Virus record (IMG/VR): IMGVR_UViG_3300000976_000003
Location: 1-48,525 of that record
Length of the DNA: 48,525 bases
Direction: 5' to 3' (one strand)
Source: a virus
This document shows, in pieces, positions 23,891 to 32,504 of the stretch (position 1 is its first letter; every line of letters begins with the position of its first letter). Both the position numbers and the translations under genes were made by a program. The notes under the pieces are model-generated. The model saw nothing but the letters and a program-made list of their open reading frames with translations. It did not search any database and had not been told where the DNA came from.

Positions 23891-24644
23891 TTTAAGCCTA
23901 ATAGAAAAGATATTCTTAGCACGGATAGTCTATCTACAAGGACAGGAAGGATGTTTCGCCTCAAACGCTTATTTCGCTGATTTTTTTCAAGTTTCAAGAA
24001 GTAGATGTACTCAAATTTTGAAATCATTAGAAGAAAAGAAATGTGTAAAAATAACACTTGAGAGAAAAGGTAAAATGGTAGTAAGAAGGACGATAAAAAT
24101 ACTTAATGCAACTATTTATGAAGACGAAAACAAGGTGGTGAGAATACTAAACAACCCTGTTTACTTTTCTAAACAAGGTGGTGAAAATACTAAACAACCC
24201 GTGGTAAATATTCTAAACAACCTATTTAATATTCTAAAAGATAAGAATAGAATAGGAAGAATAGATAAAAAGGAAGATAGAAAAAAAGATAGAGAGCCGC
24301 TCACTCACGATGATTTGAAATACTCAACTTTAATTAATTTTTTACCATTTCGTGATACAGCCCTAAATAGCAAAATTGTTCACGAAGGTTTGAAAATGAG
24401 TTTTGAAACAAAAGGGTTTACTCTTGAAAAACTACCAAACTTGCTTGAAAGATTCGCTATGGCTCAAATGACAAAAAACCATGCAGGTTGGCGAGACTTC
24501 CAAGGTTTCTCGAAACACTTTCAAAGTTGGTTGAATTACGAATTAAATGCTCAGACTAAAAATAAGCAATTTTCGTCTAGCCAGTCAAAAACAGAAAAAG
24601 AACAAGACGCTGAAATTTTAAAAGCATTAGAAAATTACCAATGA
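23838..24644 (+). CDS. putative replication organiser / winged-helix DNA-binding protein containing iterons
   Basis: An HTH-like N-terminus (FFQVSRSRCTQILKSLEEKKCV) and iteron-like DNA repeats inside the gene. Confidence 0.4.
   Translation: MANLAGIWIPIDLWRITNLSLIEKIFLARIVYLQGQEGCFASNAYFADFFQVSRSRCTQILKSLEEKKCVKITLERKGKMVVRRTIKILNATIYEDENKVVRILNNPVYFSKQGGENTKQPVVNILNNLFNILKDKNRIGRIDKKEDRKKDREPLTHDDLKYSTLINFLPFRDTALNSKIVHEGLKMSFETKGFTLEKLPNLLERFAMAQMTKNHAGWRDFQGFSKHFQSWLNYELNAQTKNKQFSSSQSKTEKEQDAEILKALENYQ
24131..24240 (+). repeat. iteron-like direct repeats (candidate replication origin)
   Basis: CAAGGTGGTGA(G/A)AATACTAAACAACCC at 24131 and 24174, the related GTGGTAAATATTCTAAACAACC at 24201, and AATATTCTAAAAG at 24228. 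Confidence 0.55.
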
Positions 24645-25450
24645 TAAAAAATATGGAAAGTGTAGCAACCATCACATCATCAGACTCGAAAATTATGAAT
24701 AAGGTTTGTCAATTACTGATTGGAGAATTTCCAAACGATTTTGTAGAAAGTTGTATCGAATCTTATTCTCGTAGAATCCTCTTACTGGATAAAGCGAAAG
24801 TCAAAGAACAATTGTTAACTGAGCTTCGCTTGATTTGTAAAACCTATGGAGTACGAAAAGAGATTCCTACGGAAGTGTACTTGGAGTGTATCAAACTGAT
24901 TATGGAAAAATTCAGTTTTCTAGCAATCCACGAAATCAAAACTGCATACCGACAATTTGCAGCTGGCGAAATACAATCCCCCGGTGGGGTCATGTACGGT
25001 GGACATTTTTCAACAGCGAACCTTGGAGCGGTATTGAGGGCTTATTCAAAAAAACGAAATCGAGTGATTAGAACGTATTTGCAAGAGAAAACCAATCAAG
25101 TCCAAATAGGAAAAGAGTTGTCCAAAAAACAACTTCTACAACAAAAATTCGATACCGATTTCCCAAAGATGCTTCAGCAAGCAAAAAAAGGAATGACCGA
25201 TTGGCGAAAAATACCGCACTTTTGGTATGGGGCCTGTGAGAATAGAAATTTGATTAAAGTAACGCCTCGAGAGAAACGAGAGGTAATGAAATTGGCAGAA
25301 CAATTCCTTGGAACTATACTCAAAGAAAGAAATGAGTTGAAGCAAATTATAGAACCTACTAGTCCACAAGAAATAATCATTGCTAATGCAAAACGATTGT
25401 TGGTTTGGAGTAAGGTACTTGGGAAAGAATTACCGAAAATACAAAACTAA
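24641..25450 (+). CDS. hypothetical protein (269 aa), replication-module position
   Basis: The ATGA overlap with the upstream gene suggests translational coupling. Confidence 0.5.
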   Translation: MIKNMESVATITSSDSKIMNKVCQLLIGEFPNDFVESCIESYSRRILLLDKAKVKEQLLTELRLICKTYGVRKEIPTEVYLECIKLIMEKFSFLAIHEIKTAYRQFAAGEIQSPGGVMYGGHFSTANLGAVLRAYSKKRNRVIRTYLQEKTNQVQIGKELSKKQLLQQKFDTDFPKMLQQAKKGMTDWRKIPHFWYGACENRNLIKVTPREKREVMKLAEQFLGTILKERNELKQIIEPTSPQEIIIANAKRLLVWSKVLGKELPKIQN

Positions 25451-25465
25451 TAAAGAAGATTTAAT

Positions 25466-26020
25466 ATGAACCTCGGATTTAAAAGACATTTCAAAGACGG
25501 TACACCAACTCTTTTTGTTGAGAAAATTTGGACGGGATGGCCAGTAGCTTTCGTAGATGGTATTCATGACGACATACAAAGCAACTACGAAAAAGTATAT
25601 TACGAAAAATTCGGATATCCTGATAAGCCACTAATGCCCTATCAAAAGATTCATTCAATTCGACTGGATAGAGCCAATCGATGGAAGATAGGTAATAAAA
25701 TTCATTTTGTAGTTGGTCTTAGGACAAAGGATAGGTTTCAGTTTGCGCCAATTTTGAAGGTAAAAACTATCCAAAAGATTGAAATTAAGCATTACACAGG
25801 CATAATCCAAGTGAAAATTGATGATAAACTTTCAGAGGTTTATCACCATGGGGCTTTGGATTCGATTTATGAGATAAATGGTTTTCTTAATTTGGATAAA
25901 CATGAGCCAGAATCATGTTTTTGGAAAAACGACGGATTTGATTCAATAGAACAATTCTTCGAATGGTTTTCCGAAGATTTTACAGGTAAACTCATTCATT
26001 GGACGGATAAAACATACTGA
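25466..26020 (+). CDS. hypothetical protein, possibly ASCH/PUA-like (184 aa)
   Basis: The pattern KIHSIRLDRANRWKIGNKIHFVVG resembles ASCH-type phage proteins. This is from memory and is unverified. Confidence 0.3.
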   Translation: MNLGFKRHFKDGTPTLFVEKIWTGWPVAFVDGIHDDIQSNYEKVYYEKFGYPDKPLMPYQKIHSIRLDRANRWKIGNKIHFVVGLRTKDRFQFAPILKVKTIQKIEIKHYTGIIQVKIDDKLSEVYHHGALDSIYEINGFLNLDKHEPESCFWKNDGFDSIEQFFEWFSEDFTGKLIHWTDKTY

Positions 26021-26022
26021 AA

Positions 26023-26196
26023 ATGACCAAAGAACAATTCGCTCAAAAAGTCAAAGCAATGCGTGATGCTCAAAAAGCATATTTCGCAAATAGGACTAGA
26101 AGCAACTTGAATAAATCAATTGTACTAGAGAAAGATATTGATAAGCAGGTGGACAAAATATTAGCGTATCAAGATAAACAGCAAACTTTGTTTTAA
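26023..26196 (+). CDS. small protein (57 aa)
   Basis: ATG ORF that I translated by hand. It is below the ORF-track threshold. Confidence 0.35.
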   Translation: MTKEQFAQKVKAMRDAQKAYFANRTRSNLNKSIVLEKDIDKQVDKILAYQDKQQTLF

Positions 26197-26481
26197 TGAA
26201 ATACATCGCTAAGTTTTCCAATTTCAGGGGGCGTATTTGTGGTGTGTCATACCTTAGGATTTGTAAATCCTTGGTGCTAAAAATGTATGTTCTTGTCTTG
26301 AAAGATAATTTATTTTACAAAACCCCAATTATTAAAAGTTGCATTGCAACGAAGAGAAACAAAGCAAAAAAGCTATATAATTTCAATTGATAAACCAATC
26401 ACCCCGCCGCCAAACCGGAACGCTAACGACCACAGCGGTTGCACACGCTACGATTTGGAGGTGGGTTTGATAAACATAATT

Positions 26482-28047
26482 ATGCCGAGAAAAAATTCAT
26501 ATTTAACAGCAACTGACCAATTTTGTGGAGCTGGAGGAAGTAGTTCAGGAGCAAAAGCAGCTGGTGTCGAAGTTAAGATGGCTCTGAATCATTGGGAATT
26601 AGCTATTGAAACTCATAATACCAATCATCCAGAGGTCGACCATGATTGTACAGATGTACAAGCATGTGACCCAAGGCGATATCCGTCAACTGACATTTTG
26701 ATAACTTCACCTGAGTGCACCAACCATTCATTGGCAAAAGGAAGAAAGCGAAAATTCCAAAACCAATATGAGATGTTCGGTAAAGTGGATATTAAGCCTG
26801 AAGAAGAAAGAAGTCGAGCGACAATGTGGGATGTACCAAGGTTTGCTGAATTTCACGATTACAATATCATTATTGTTGAAAATGTTGTTGATGCAAGGTA
26901 CTGGCGGTTATGGGATGCTTGGTTGATGGCAATGCACTCGTTAGGATACAAACATAAATGTTGCTATCTGAATTCTATGTTTTTTCATCCATGTCCTCAG
27001 TCCAGAGATCGCATGTATGTGGTTTTTTGGAAAAAGGGAAATCCCTCTCCAAATTTAGATTATACTCCAACTGCACATTGCCCTAAATGTGCAAAAGACA
27101 TCCAAGCGGTACAAGTTTGGAAAAAGCCTGATAAAAAATGGGGAAAGTATAAGCAACAATATTTATATCGTTGTCCGAATGATGGAGAAATAGTAACCCC
27201 TTACTATTATGCAGCTTTCAATTGTATAGACTGGACCATGCCGGGTCAAAGAATTGGAGACCGCAAAAAACCGTTAGCAGAAAAGACTATTGCACGGATT
27301 GAGTATGGTCTTGAAAAATATGGAGATGAACCAATAGTAATCACTAATCGATATACTAGTGGTATGAATTGCCGTGTCAAACCATCGATATCAAATCCTT
27401 TACCTACACAACCAGGAGACCAATCACATTCTATTCTAATGCCGTTTTTTGTCAATAGCGAACACGCACAGAAAGAACGTAGCCGTTCAGGAGCGGATAC
27501 CCTTTGGACACAAACAACTGCTCAAACAACAGGTTTTGTGCTTCCATACATTTTATGCGGAAACTACACACCTGGTTGGGTTAAAAATATGGCTCAGCCT
27601 ATAGGAGTAGTTACTACATCTGACCATCATTCTCTTTTGAGTGTACCTCTAGTAATAGAAAATTATGGGAAAAGCATGTCAAAACCTTCAAGTGCACCCA
27701 TTGGAGCAATCACTACGAGTACTGTGCATGGTGTTTTGGCAACAGAAAAAGTAAGTGCTTTTCTTTCATATTATTATTCTGCATCCAAAGGAGCAAGTGG
27801 AATTAAAGCAGCAATCAATACAATTTGTGCAAGAGAAGGGGTGAGTTTGGTAACTTCTAAGAATTTGAAAATAGAGGATTGTCATTATCGAATGTTGAAA
27901 CCTCACGAAATACAGGCAGCAATGGCTTTTGCGGATGATTACATTGTAATAGGGAATAGTAGACAGAAAACGAAACAATTAGGCAATGCAGTAACTCCTC
28001 CAGTAATGGAATGGTTGGTAAAGCAATGTGTTGAAACTCTAAACTAA
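26482..28047 (+). CDS. DNA (cytosine-5) methyltransferase (521 aa from ATG 26482)
   Basis: Motif I DQFCGAGGSS, motif IV SPECTNHS (catalytic Cys), motif VI IVENV and motif X QLGNAVTPPV. Confidence 0.85.
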   Translation: MPRKNSYLTATDQFCGAGGSSSGAKAAGVEVKMALNHWELAIETHNTNHPEVDHDCTDVQACDPRRYPSTDILITSPECTNHSLAKGRKRKFQNQYEMFGKVDIKPEEERSRATMWDVPRFAEFHDYNIIIVENVVDARYWRLWDAWLMAMHSLGYKHKCCYLNSMFFHPCPQSRDRMYVVFWKKGNPSPNLDYTPTAHCPKCAKDIQAVQVWKKPDKKWGKYKQQYLYRCPNDGEIVTPYYYAAFNCIDWTMPGQRIGDRKKPLAEKTIARIEYGLEKYGDEPIVITNRYTSGMNCRVKPSISNPLPTQPGDQSHSILMPFFVNSEHAQKERSRSGADTLWTQTTAQTTGFVLPYILCGNYTPGWVKNMAQPIGVVTTSDHHSLLSVPLVIENYGKSMSKPSSAPIGAITTSTVHGVLATEKVSAFLSYYYSASKGASGIKAAINTICAREGVSLVTSKNLKIEDCHYRMLKPHEIQAAMAFADDYIVIGNSRQKTKQLGNAVTPPVMEWLVKQCVETLN

Positions 28048-28051
28048 AACC

Positions 28052-28336
28052 ATGAGACGAGCAGCCCGTACAGACGGCAATCAAAAGAAAATAGTTGAAG
28101 CGTTACGCCGTGTAGGTGCCGTTGTGTTACCAATACATCAGCTTAAAAATTGCTTTGATATCCTAGTAGCTTTCCGTGGGCGAATGTTCGCTATGGAAAT
28201 TAAGGATCCTGCACAACCACCATCCAAACGAAAGTTGACTGAAGGCGAAGCTGAATTTAAAAGAAAACTAGAGACCACAGGCAACAAATACCATGTAGTA
28301 GAAACCATTGACCAAGCAATTGAAATAATTAAGTAG
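28052..28336 (+). CDS. VRR-NUC-like nuclease (94 aa)
   Basis: FDILVAFRGRMFAMEIK fits the D...ExK core, and the alpha/beta pattern is typical of VRR-NUC. Confidence 0.5.
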   Translation: MRRAARTDGNQKKIVEALRRVGAVVLPIHQLKNCFDILVAFRGRMFAMEIKDPAQPPSKRKLTEGEAEFKRKLETTGNKYHVVETIDQAIEIIK

Positions 28337-28630
28337 ATGCCGATAAATTACACATTAGAAGGTAAAGCTTTCACATTGCGTTATCAAGAATTAAAAGAGC
28401 ACTATGTACGATTCTGCGAGATGTCTGATGAAGAATTTATAACAAATTTACATGATGCTTTACATATAGCTTGTATAATTTGTTTTCTGAAAGAAGTACC
28501 AACTTATGTTTGCCTAAGCGATGCAGGAATTGTTCACGAGTTGGTTCATCTACTTGATAAAAAATATGCAAACGAATTCAGAATACAGGAGGCAAGAAAA
28601 TTATTTGAGTTGACTTTAAAGTTAGCATAA
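28337..28630 (+). CDS. small protein (97 aa) with HExxH motif (HELVH)
   Basis: The motif is read directly. The gene lies just upstream of the integrase. Confidence 0.5.
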   Translation: MPINYTLEGKAFTLRYQELKEHYVRFCEMSDEEFITNLHDALHIACIICFLKEVPTYVCLSDAGIVHELVHLLDKKYANEFRIQEARKLFELTLKLA

Positions 28631-28659
28631 AGACATAAAATCTAAGAAAATACAATACC

Positions 28660-28950
28660 ATGACTCAATTACAATTAAAAGAACTGGAAGGGATGAGAGC
28701 CATTGACATAACTGCTGGTCAGCTTGCTACCCTACTCGCTGCAAAACTATCTACAAAAACAATTGAACTTGAATATGTAGACAAGGAAACCAGAAATAAG
28801 ATATTGTACACCAAAAAAGATGGCGCTGCAAGCTTGATATTAAAATGGGGGGACAGTAATGGTTATAAAGTTAGGAAATCAGGAAGGTTTTTTTGGAATA
28901 AAAAAGACTTAGAAAATTTAAGTTCTGCATACCACGAGTCAAAGCGTTAA
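28660..28950 (+). CDS. hypothetical protein (96 aa), possibly an excision/recombination directionality factor by position
   Basis: ATG ORF adjacent to int. Only the position supports the functional guess. Confidence 0.4.
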   Translation: MTQLQLKELEGMRAIDITAGQLATLLAAKLSTKTIELEYVDKETRNKILYTKKDGAASLILKWGDSNGYKVRKSGRFFWNKKDLENLSSAYHESKR

Positions 28951-29158
28951 AATGCTTATTTTTACAATATTGTTGTGTTCTTGTTTTGTCAACCAACTTT
29001 CAAAATCATCTAAAAACCTGTATATCAACACTTTAAATAAAATACCGTGCACTTTCGATTTAATGTTTAGATACTTTTTGTTTGAACTAATTAGCTTTAA
29101 ACGGTATACTTTAACTTATTTCGCATCATTTCAACCTACATCATTCTATAAAAGTAGT

Positions 29159-29200
29159 TATATTTGTTTTGTTAAAACATTTTGTAAACAAAACAAATAT
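29159..29200 (+). promoter_or_regulatory. TATATTTG box (29159..29166) overlapping a 13-bp near-perfect inverted repeat ATTTGTTTTGTTA/TAAACAAAACAAAT upstream of int
   Basis: Read directly. It sits in a 250-nt AT-rich non-coding stretch (28951..29206) that is also a candidate attP. Confidence 0.35.
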
Positions 29201-29206
29201 GCTACT

Positions 29207-30412
29207 ATGAAGATTTCTACATACTTTGTGCTGAACGACAGGCATAAAAGTAAAAGTGAGCTTTGCTCCATCTCTCTACGAATCGGTTATAACCGAAAAT
29301 ACGCTTTCCAAGATACTGGGATTGAAATCCTAGCCAATCAATTTGATTCAAAAACTGCCAAAAAAGGACAATGGAGTGTTGTAAAAAAACATCCTAGACA
29401 AGACATGTATAATCAACAGCTCAAAGCTTTGATGGATAAGGTTTTTGAAATTTCTCACGAACTAAAAATGTCTGATGAATCCTTCACTGCTAGAACTATA
29501 AAATCAAGAATCAAAACCGTTGGTGAAAAAGCTGTTAGTGTTTTTTATAGAATCCTTAAGGAGGATCGTAGTATTAAGATCAATACAAAAAAAGCTATCT
29601 CATCCATGATAACTCGTCTATCAGAGTTTTCACCAGACATACTGATTAATGAAATAGATTATCAATTTGCAAAACGTTTCGAGTCATGGCTTCTCTCGCG
29701 CCCTAGTCGATATAATGCTACGTTAAGCATTAATACAACAAATAAATATCTACGAGACCTATCACGAATGCTTACAAGGTCAATTAAGTATGAAATCATT
29801 GATAATAATCGCCTTATTGGTTATGATTTCATCAAAGAACCTCGTCAACCAAAGAAAACAAAACACCTAACATTTGATGATTTACAAACAATTGAGCAAG
29901 TTGATTTGTCAGAATTTTTTACTGGACAAAAGTTACAATCTGTAGAATATACAAAAGATGCCTTTTTATTTGCTTGCTATACTGGTCTTAGGATTTCAGA
30001 TTTACTTACCGTTGCTCCAAATCATTATAAAGATAGAATCTTAGTGGTTGACACTAAAAAAGGCGAAGAAACTGTACTCTTACCAATCAAAGACCTCTTC
30101 AAAGGAAAACCCTATAAATTATTCAAATCTTATTCCCAATTAAGAATAGGCTCAAAGCCATTGTTTGGTGATAAAAAACGTGTTACGCATCAATCTAATA
30201 TAGGAATCATTCGTGCCGTTTTATTTCCAAAGAGAAAAGTTAGTTTCCATACGGCTCGGCATACTTTTGATACTCTTCTTAGTGAATTAGGAGTTGACCC
30301 ACATACCAGACAACGATTATTGGGGCATAAGAAAGTTGAAACTACTATGAATGTTTATGATCATCATGGGTGGTCGAAAGAACACAATGAGATTAAGCAA
30401 AAATTTGGGTAA
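29207..30412 (+). CDS. int: tyrosine recombinase / phage integrase (401 aa from ATG 29207)
   Basis: YTGLRISDL (Arg), HTARHTF (His-x-x-Arg) and LLGHKKVETTMNVYDH (His...Tyr). The N-terminus MKISTYFVLN...SISLRI is typical of Bacteroidota integrases. Confidence 0.85.
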   Translation: MKISTYFVLNDRHKSKSELCSISLRIGYNRKYAFQDTGIEILANQFDSKTAKKGQWSVVKKHPRQDMYNQQLKALMDKVFEISHELKMSDESFTARTIKSRIKTVGEKAVSVFYRILKEDRSIKINTKKAISSMITRLSEFSPDILINEIDYQFAKRFESWLLSRPSRYNATLSINTTNKYLRDLSRMLTRSIKYEIIDNNRLIGYDFIKEPRQPKKTKHLTFDDLQTIEQVDLSEFFTGQKLQSVEYTKDAFLFACYTGLRISDLLTVAPNHYKDRILVVDTKKGEETVLLPIKDLFKGKPYKLFKSYSQLRIGSKPLFGDKKRVTHQSNIGIIRAVLFPKRKVSFHTARHTFDTLLSELGVDPHTRQRLLGHKKVETTMNVYDHHGWSKEHNEIKQKFG

Positions 30413-30505
30413 CGCTGTATGTATGTGGCGTTGCCAATTGCGGTTGGTTTGTGGGATTGGGTCGTTATTGGCAATGAACATATACGACTTGTTACAGGTC
30501 AGACC
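30407..30505 (+). repeat. imperfect-palindrome intergenic element, copy A
   Basis: GGGTAACGC...TTGCCAAT(28 nt)ATTGGCAA...GTTACAGGTCAGACC. Confidence 0.7.
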
Positions 30506-30521
30506 AAGATACTGCTTTGAT

Positions 30522-30602
30522 AACGAGAATACGAGTGGCGAACTAGCAGCCACGTAAAACTTTGCTAGTGTGATTTTAAAAACTTATTGAAAACCCTTTG
30601 CT
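30522..30602 (+). repeat. duplicated upstream leader, copy 1 (about 85% identical to 31210..31287)
   Basis: AACGAGAATACGAGTGGCGAACTAGCAGCCACGT...GCTAGTGTGATTTTAAAAACTTATTGAAAACC, ending at the ATG. Confidence 0.8.
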
Positions 30603-31094
30603 ATGAGCAAAATACCAATCATTGATTCAAACGATGAAGATTTTAAAGAAAAGTTTGACTTTAATTTATGGTCAACGCAGTCTAATTCTGATTACAGAAA
30701 TGACAAGGAACGCCCTTATAATGGGCAGCCACATACAAGTAATGGTATTCGTGGCAAGCAGGTGGTTTCTGGTATTACGATGAGAGATTTAAGAGACTGT
30801 CTAATACAAGCGTTTCTTGTTTCTTCTAGTGATGAAGAATTACAAAAAAAAGTCTTTGAAATTTCAGACGACCCCGATATAGGCAAAGGAACAAAATATG
30901 CAGCAAAAGGTAATTGGCGACCACAAGATGTCTATGAGATAGATTTTGACGATATTGACCCAATTGCTGTAGCTCAAAACTTAACTTGTTTCGTGGAGCA
31001 TTATATGGGTATATTCCCGAATCTTAATTTAAAAGGCATTCCTTCGACCAAAGAACTTATAGAGGACTTGACTAATTCAGAACCTAATCAATAG
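30603..31094 (+). CDS. hypothetical protein (163 aa), cassette 1
   Basis: ATG ORF flanked by element copies A and B. Confidence 0.6.
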   Translation: MSKIPIIDSNDEDFKEKFDFNLWSTQSNSDYRNDKERPYNGQPHTSNGIRGKQVVSGITMRDLRDCLIQAFLVSSSDEELQKKVFEISDDPDIGKGTKYAAKGNWRPQDVYEIDFDDIDPIAVAQNLTCFVEHYMGIFPNLNLKGIPSTKELIEDLTNSEPNQ

Positions 31095-31113
31095 AGTGAA
31101 AAAATATTTTATA

Positions 31114-31194
31114 GGTTGCCTGTAACGCCCTTGGCTAAACGGCGGTTGCCCGCATAGGGCAAATGACCGTTTTAGCTGTTGTTACAGGCATACC
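31114..31194 (+). repeat. imperfect-palindrome intergenic element, copy B
   Basis: GGTTGCCTGTAACGC...GTTACAGGCATACC. Three stacked stems: GCCTGTAAC/GTTACAGGC, GCTAAACGG/CCGTTTTAGC and TTGCCC/GGGCAA. Confidence 0.8.
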
Positions 31195-31209
31195 ACGATG
31201 TGTGCCGAA

Positions 31210-31287
31210 AACGAGGATACGAGTGGCGAACTAGCACCACGTTAAATATGCTAGTACGATTTTAAAAACTTATTTAAAACCTTTTTT
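31210..31287 (+). repeat. duplicated upstream leader, copy 2
   Basis: AACGAGGATACGAGTGGCGAACTAGCACCACGT...GCTAGTACGATTTTAAAAACTTATTTAAAACC, ending at the ATG. Confidence 0.8.
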
Positions 31288-31893
31288 ATGACTAGAACTG
31301 AACACGAATTTCAGATTTTAAAAGATAATGTAAGTGACCCAATAATAGCTCCATTTGAAAAGGAGATTACTGATTTAGTGCATAAATTTATGAAATCAGG
31401 ACAAAGCGGTGGTTCTGCTCCAATGACCGCTTCTGCTATAAGTCAGGCTGTTGAAAATCTATGCAACCATAAACCTTTATACGGAATAACGGGCGAAGAT
31501 GCTGAATGGTCAAACAGTATAAGCAGGGACGACACGTATCAAAATAATAGGTTGTCATCTGTTTTTAAAAAAGGTGTCAAAGGGAAAGCCTACTACCTGA
31601 ATGCTATTGTTTTTTGTGGTCAAAATGGAAGCCAATTCACATCAAACGGAAGCGTAAAAGATTCAAAAGGTAATAACGTACGAAGTAGCCACTATATTAA
31701 GTCCTTGCCATTTAAGCCCAAAACATTCTACATTGATGTTATTGAAACAGAATGGCATAAAGACAAAGAAACAGGAGAATTGACAAAGCAAGAAGGCGGT
31801 GGCTGGTGGACATCTGTTTTAAAAGATGACTCTCAGTTAGATGAAGTTTGGGAATATTACGAAAGATTTGATTCGGCAGAGTCGGTCGAGTAG
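31288..31893 (+). CDS. hypothetical protein (201 aa), cassette 2
   Basis: ATG ORF flanked by element copies B and C. Confidence 0.6.
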   Translation: MTRTEHEFQILKDNVSDPIIAPFEKEITDLVHKFMKSGQSGGSAPMTASAISQAVENLCNHKPLYGITGEDAEWSNSISRDDTYQNNRLSSVFKKGVKGKAYYLNAIVFCGQNGSQFTSNGSVKDSKGNNVRSSHYIKSLPFKPKTFYIDVIETEWHKDKETGELTKQEGGGWWTSVLKDDSQLDEVWEYYERFDSAESVE

Positions 31894-31904
31894 AAACCTT
31901 TTTC

Positions 31905-32013
31905 GGTTGCCTGTAACGCTCTAAATAGCTGCATACTGCGAGTGCGTGTTGGCTTTGAGTGATTTGGGTAGTTACTCGTAGTTGACAGCTATGAGTTTGT
32001 TATACATCATACC
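31905..32013 (+). repeat. imperfect-palindrome intergenic element, copy C (more diverged)
   Basis: GGTTGCCTGTAACGC...ATAGCTG(54 nt)CAGCTAT...GTTATACATCATACC. Confidence 0.65.
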
Positions 32014-32067
32014 AAAATTCCGCTCGAAAAACGTCAAGCGACGATAGGAGCGATAAAACTTAAAATT

Positions 32068-32469
32068 ATGACTGACAATAAAGAATTAAAGACCTCAGAG
32101 CTTTTTTGGCTGTTTGTTGTTAATATTGCAACAGTTGGCTTGTGGTTTGTCCATCCAAGCTTGGTTTTTATGACTCAAATTGCATTTTTTGTTATAGGAA
32201 TTTCTAACGACCAAAAAAAATGGAGGATTGGGTTTTTTATGCCCTTTTTTTTATGTGTTTTGATATATTCAATATTTGAATCAATCAATGATTTTTTAGA
32301 TGATACAGACTTTTCAAAGATGTATTCTAAACGATTCAATAAATCAGAATTTCAAGTTGTCCAAAAATACCTTAAACACAAAGCTGGGTATTATGATAAC
32401 AAGGATAAATCAAAAAGTGAAAAGATACTTATAGTTTTAGATATAATTGAGAAAGAAGATATTGATTAA
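32068..32469 (+). CDS. small integral membrane protein (133 aa, about 3 hydrophobic helices), cassette 3
   Basis: Hydrophobic segments LFWLFVVNIATVGLWFV, FMTQIAFFVIGI and FFMPFFLCVLIYSIF. Confidence 0.6.
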   Translation: MTDNKELKTSELFWLFVVNIATVGLWFVHPSLVFMTQIAFFVIGISNDQKKWRIGFFMPFFLCVLIYSIFESINDFLDDTDFSKMYSKRFNKSEFQVVQKYLKHKAGYYDNKDKSKSEKILIVLDIIEKEDID

Positions 32470-32504
32470 CGACGAATACAATGGAGCAGAAAACGATTTT
32501 TAAA

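Noticed and set aside
26196-26481. ORF 26196..26390 and the TTG-started extension of the methyltransferase (26344)
   Set aside because: No ATG is available for the extension, and the canonical motif I lies shortly after ATG 26482. The 64-aa ORF is C/F/K/I-rich with no support. I kept only the note on the GC-rich island.
28952-29206. N-terminal 85-aa extension of the integrase ORF in the track
   Set aside because: The extension translates to F/L/C/Y-rich sequence from AT-rich DNA. ATG 29207 gives the typical MKISTYF... integrase N-terminus and is preceded by a TATATTTG box. I therefore treat the region as non-coding and as a possible attP/promoter.
30535-30568. Resemblance of the leader pseudoknot (CUAGCA loop, A-rich linker) to preQ1-type riboswitches
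   Set aside because: The similarity is only superficial. The conserved preQ1-I tail and P1 features are absent, and there are no queuosine-related genes nearby. I reported it only as an unclassified motif.
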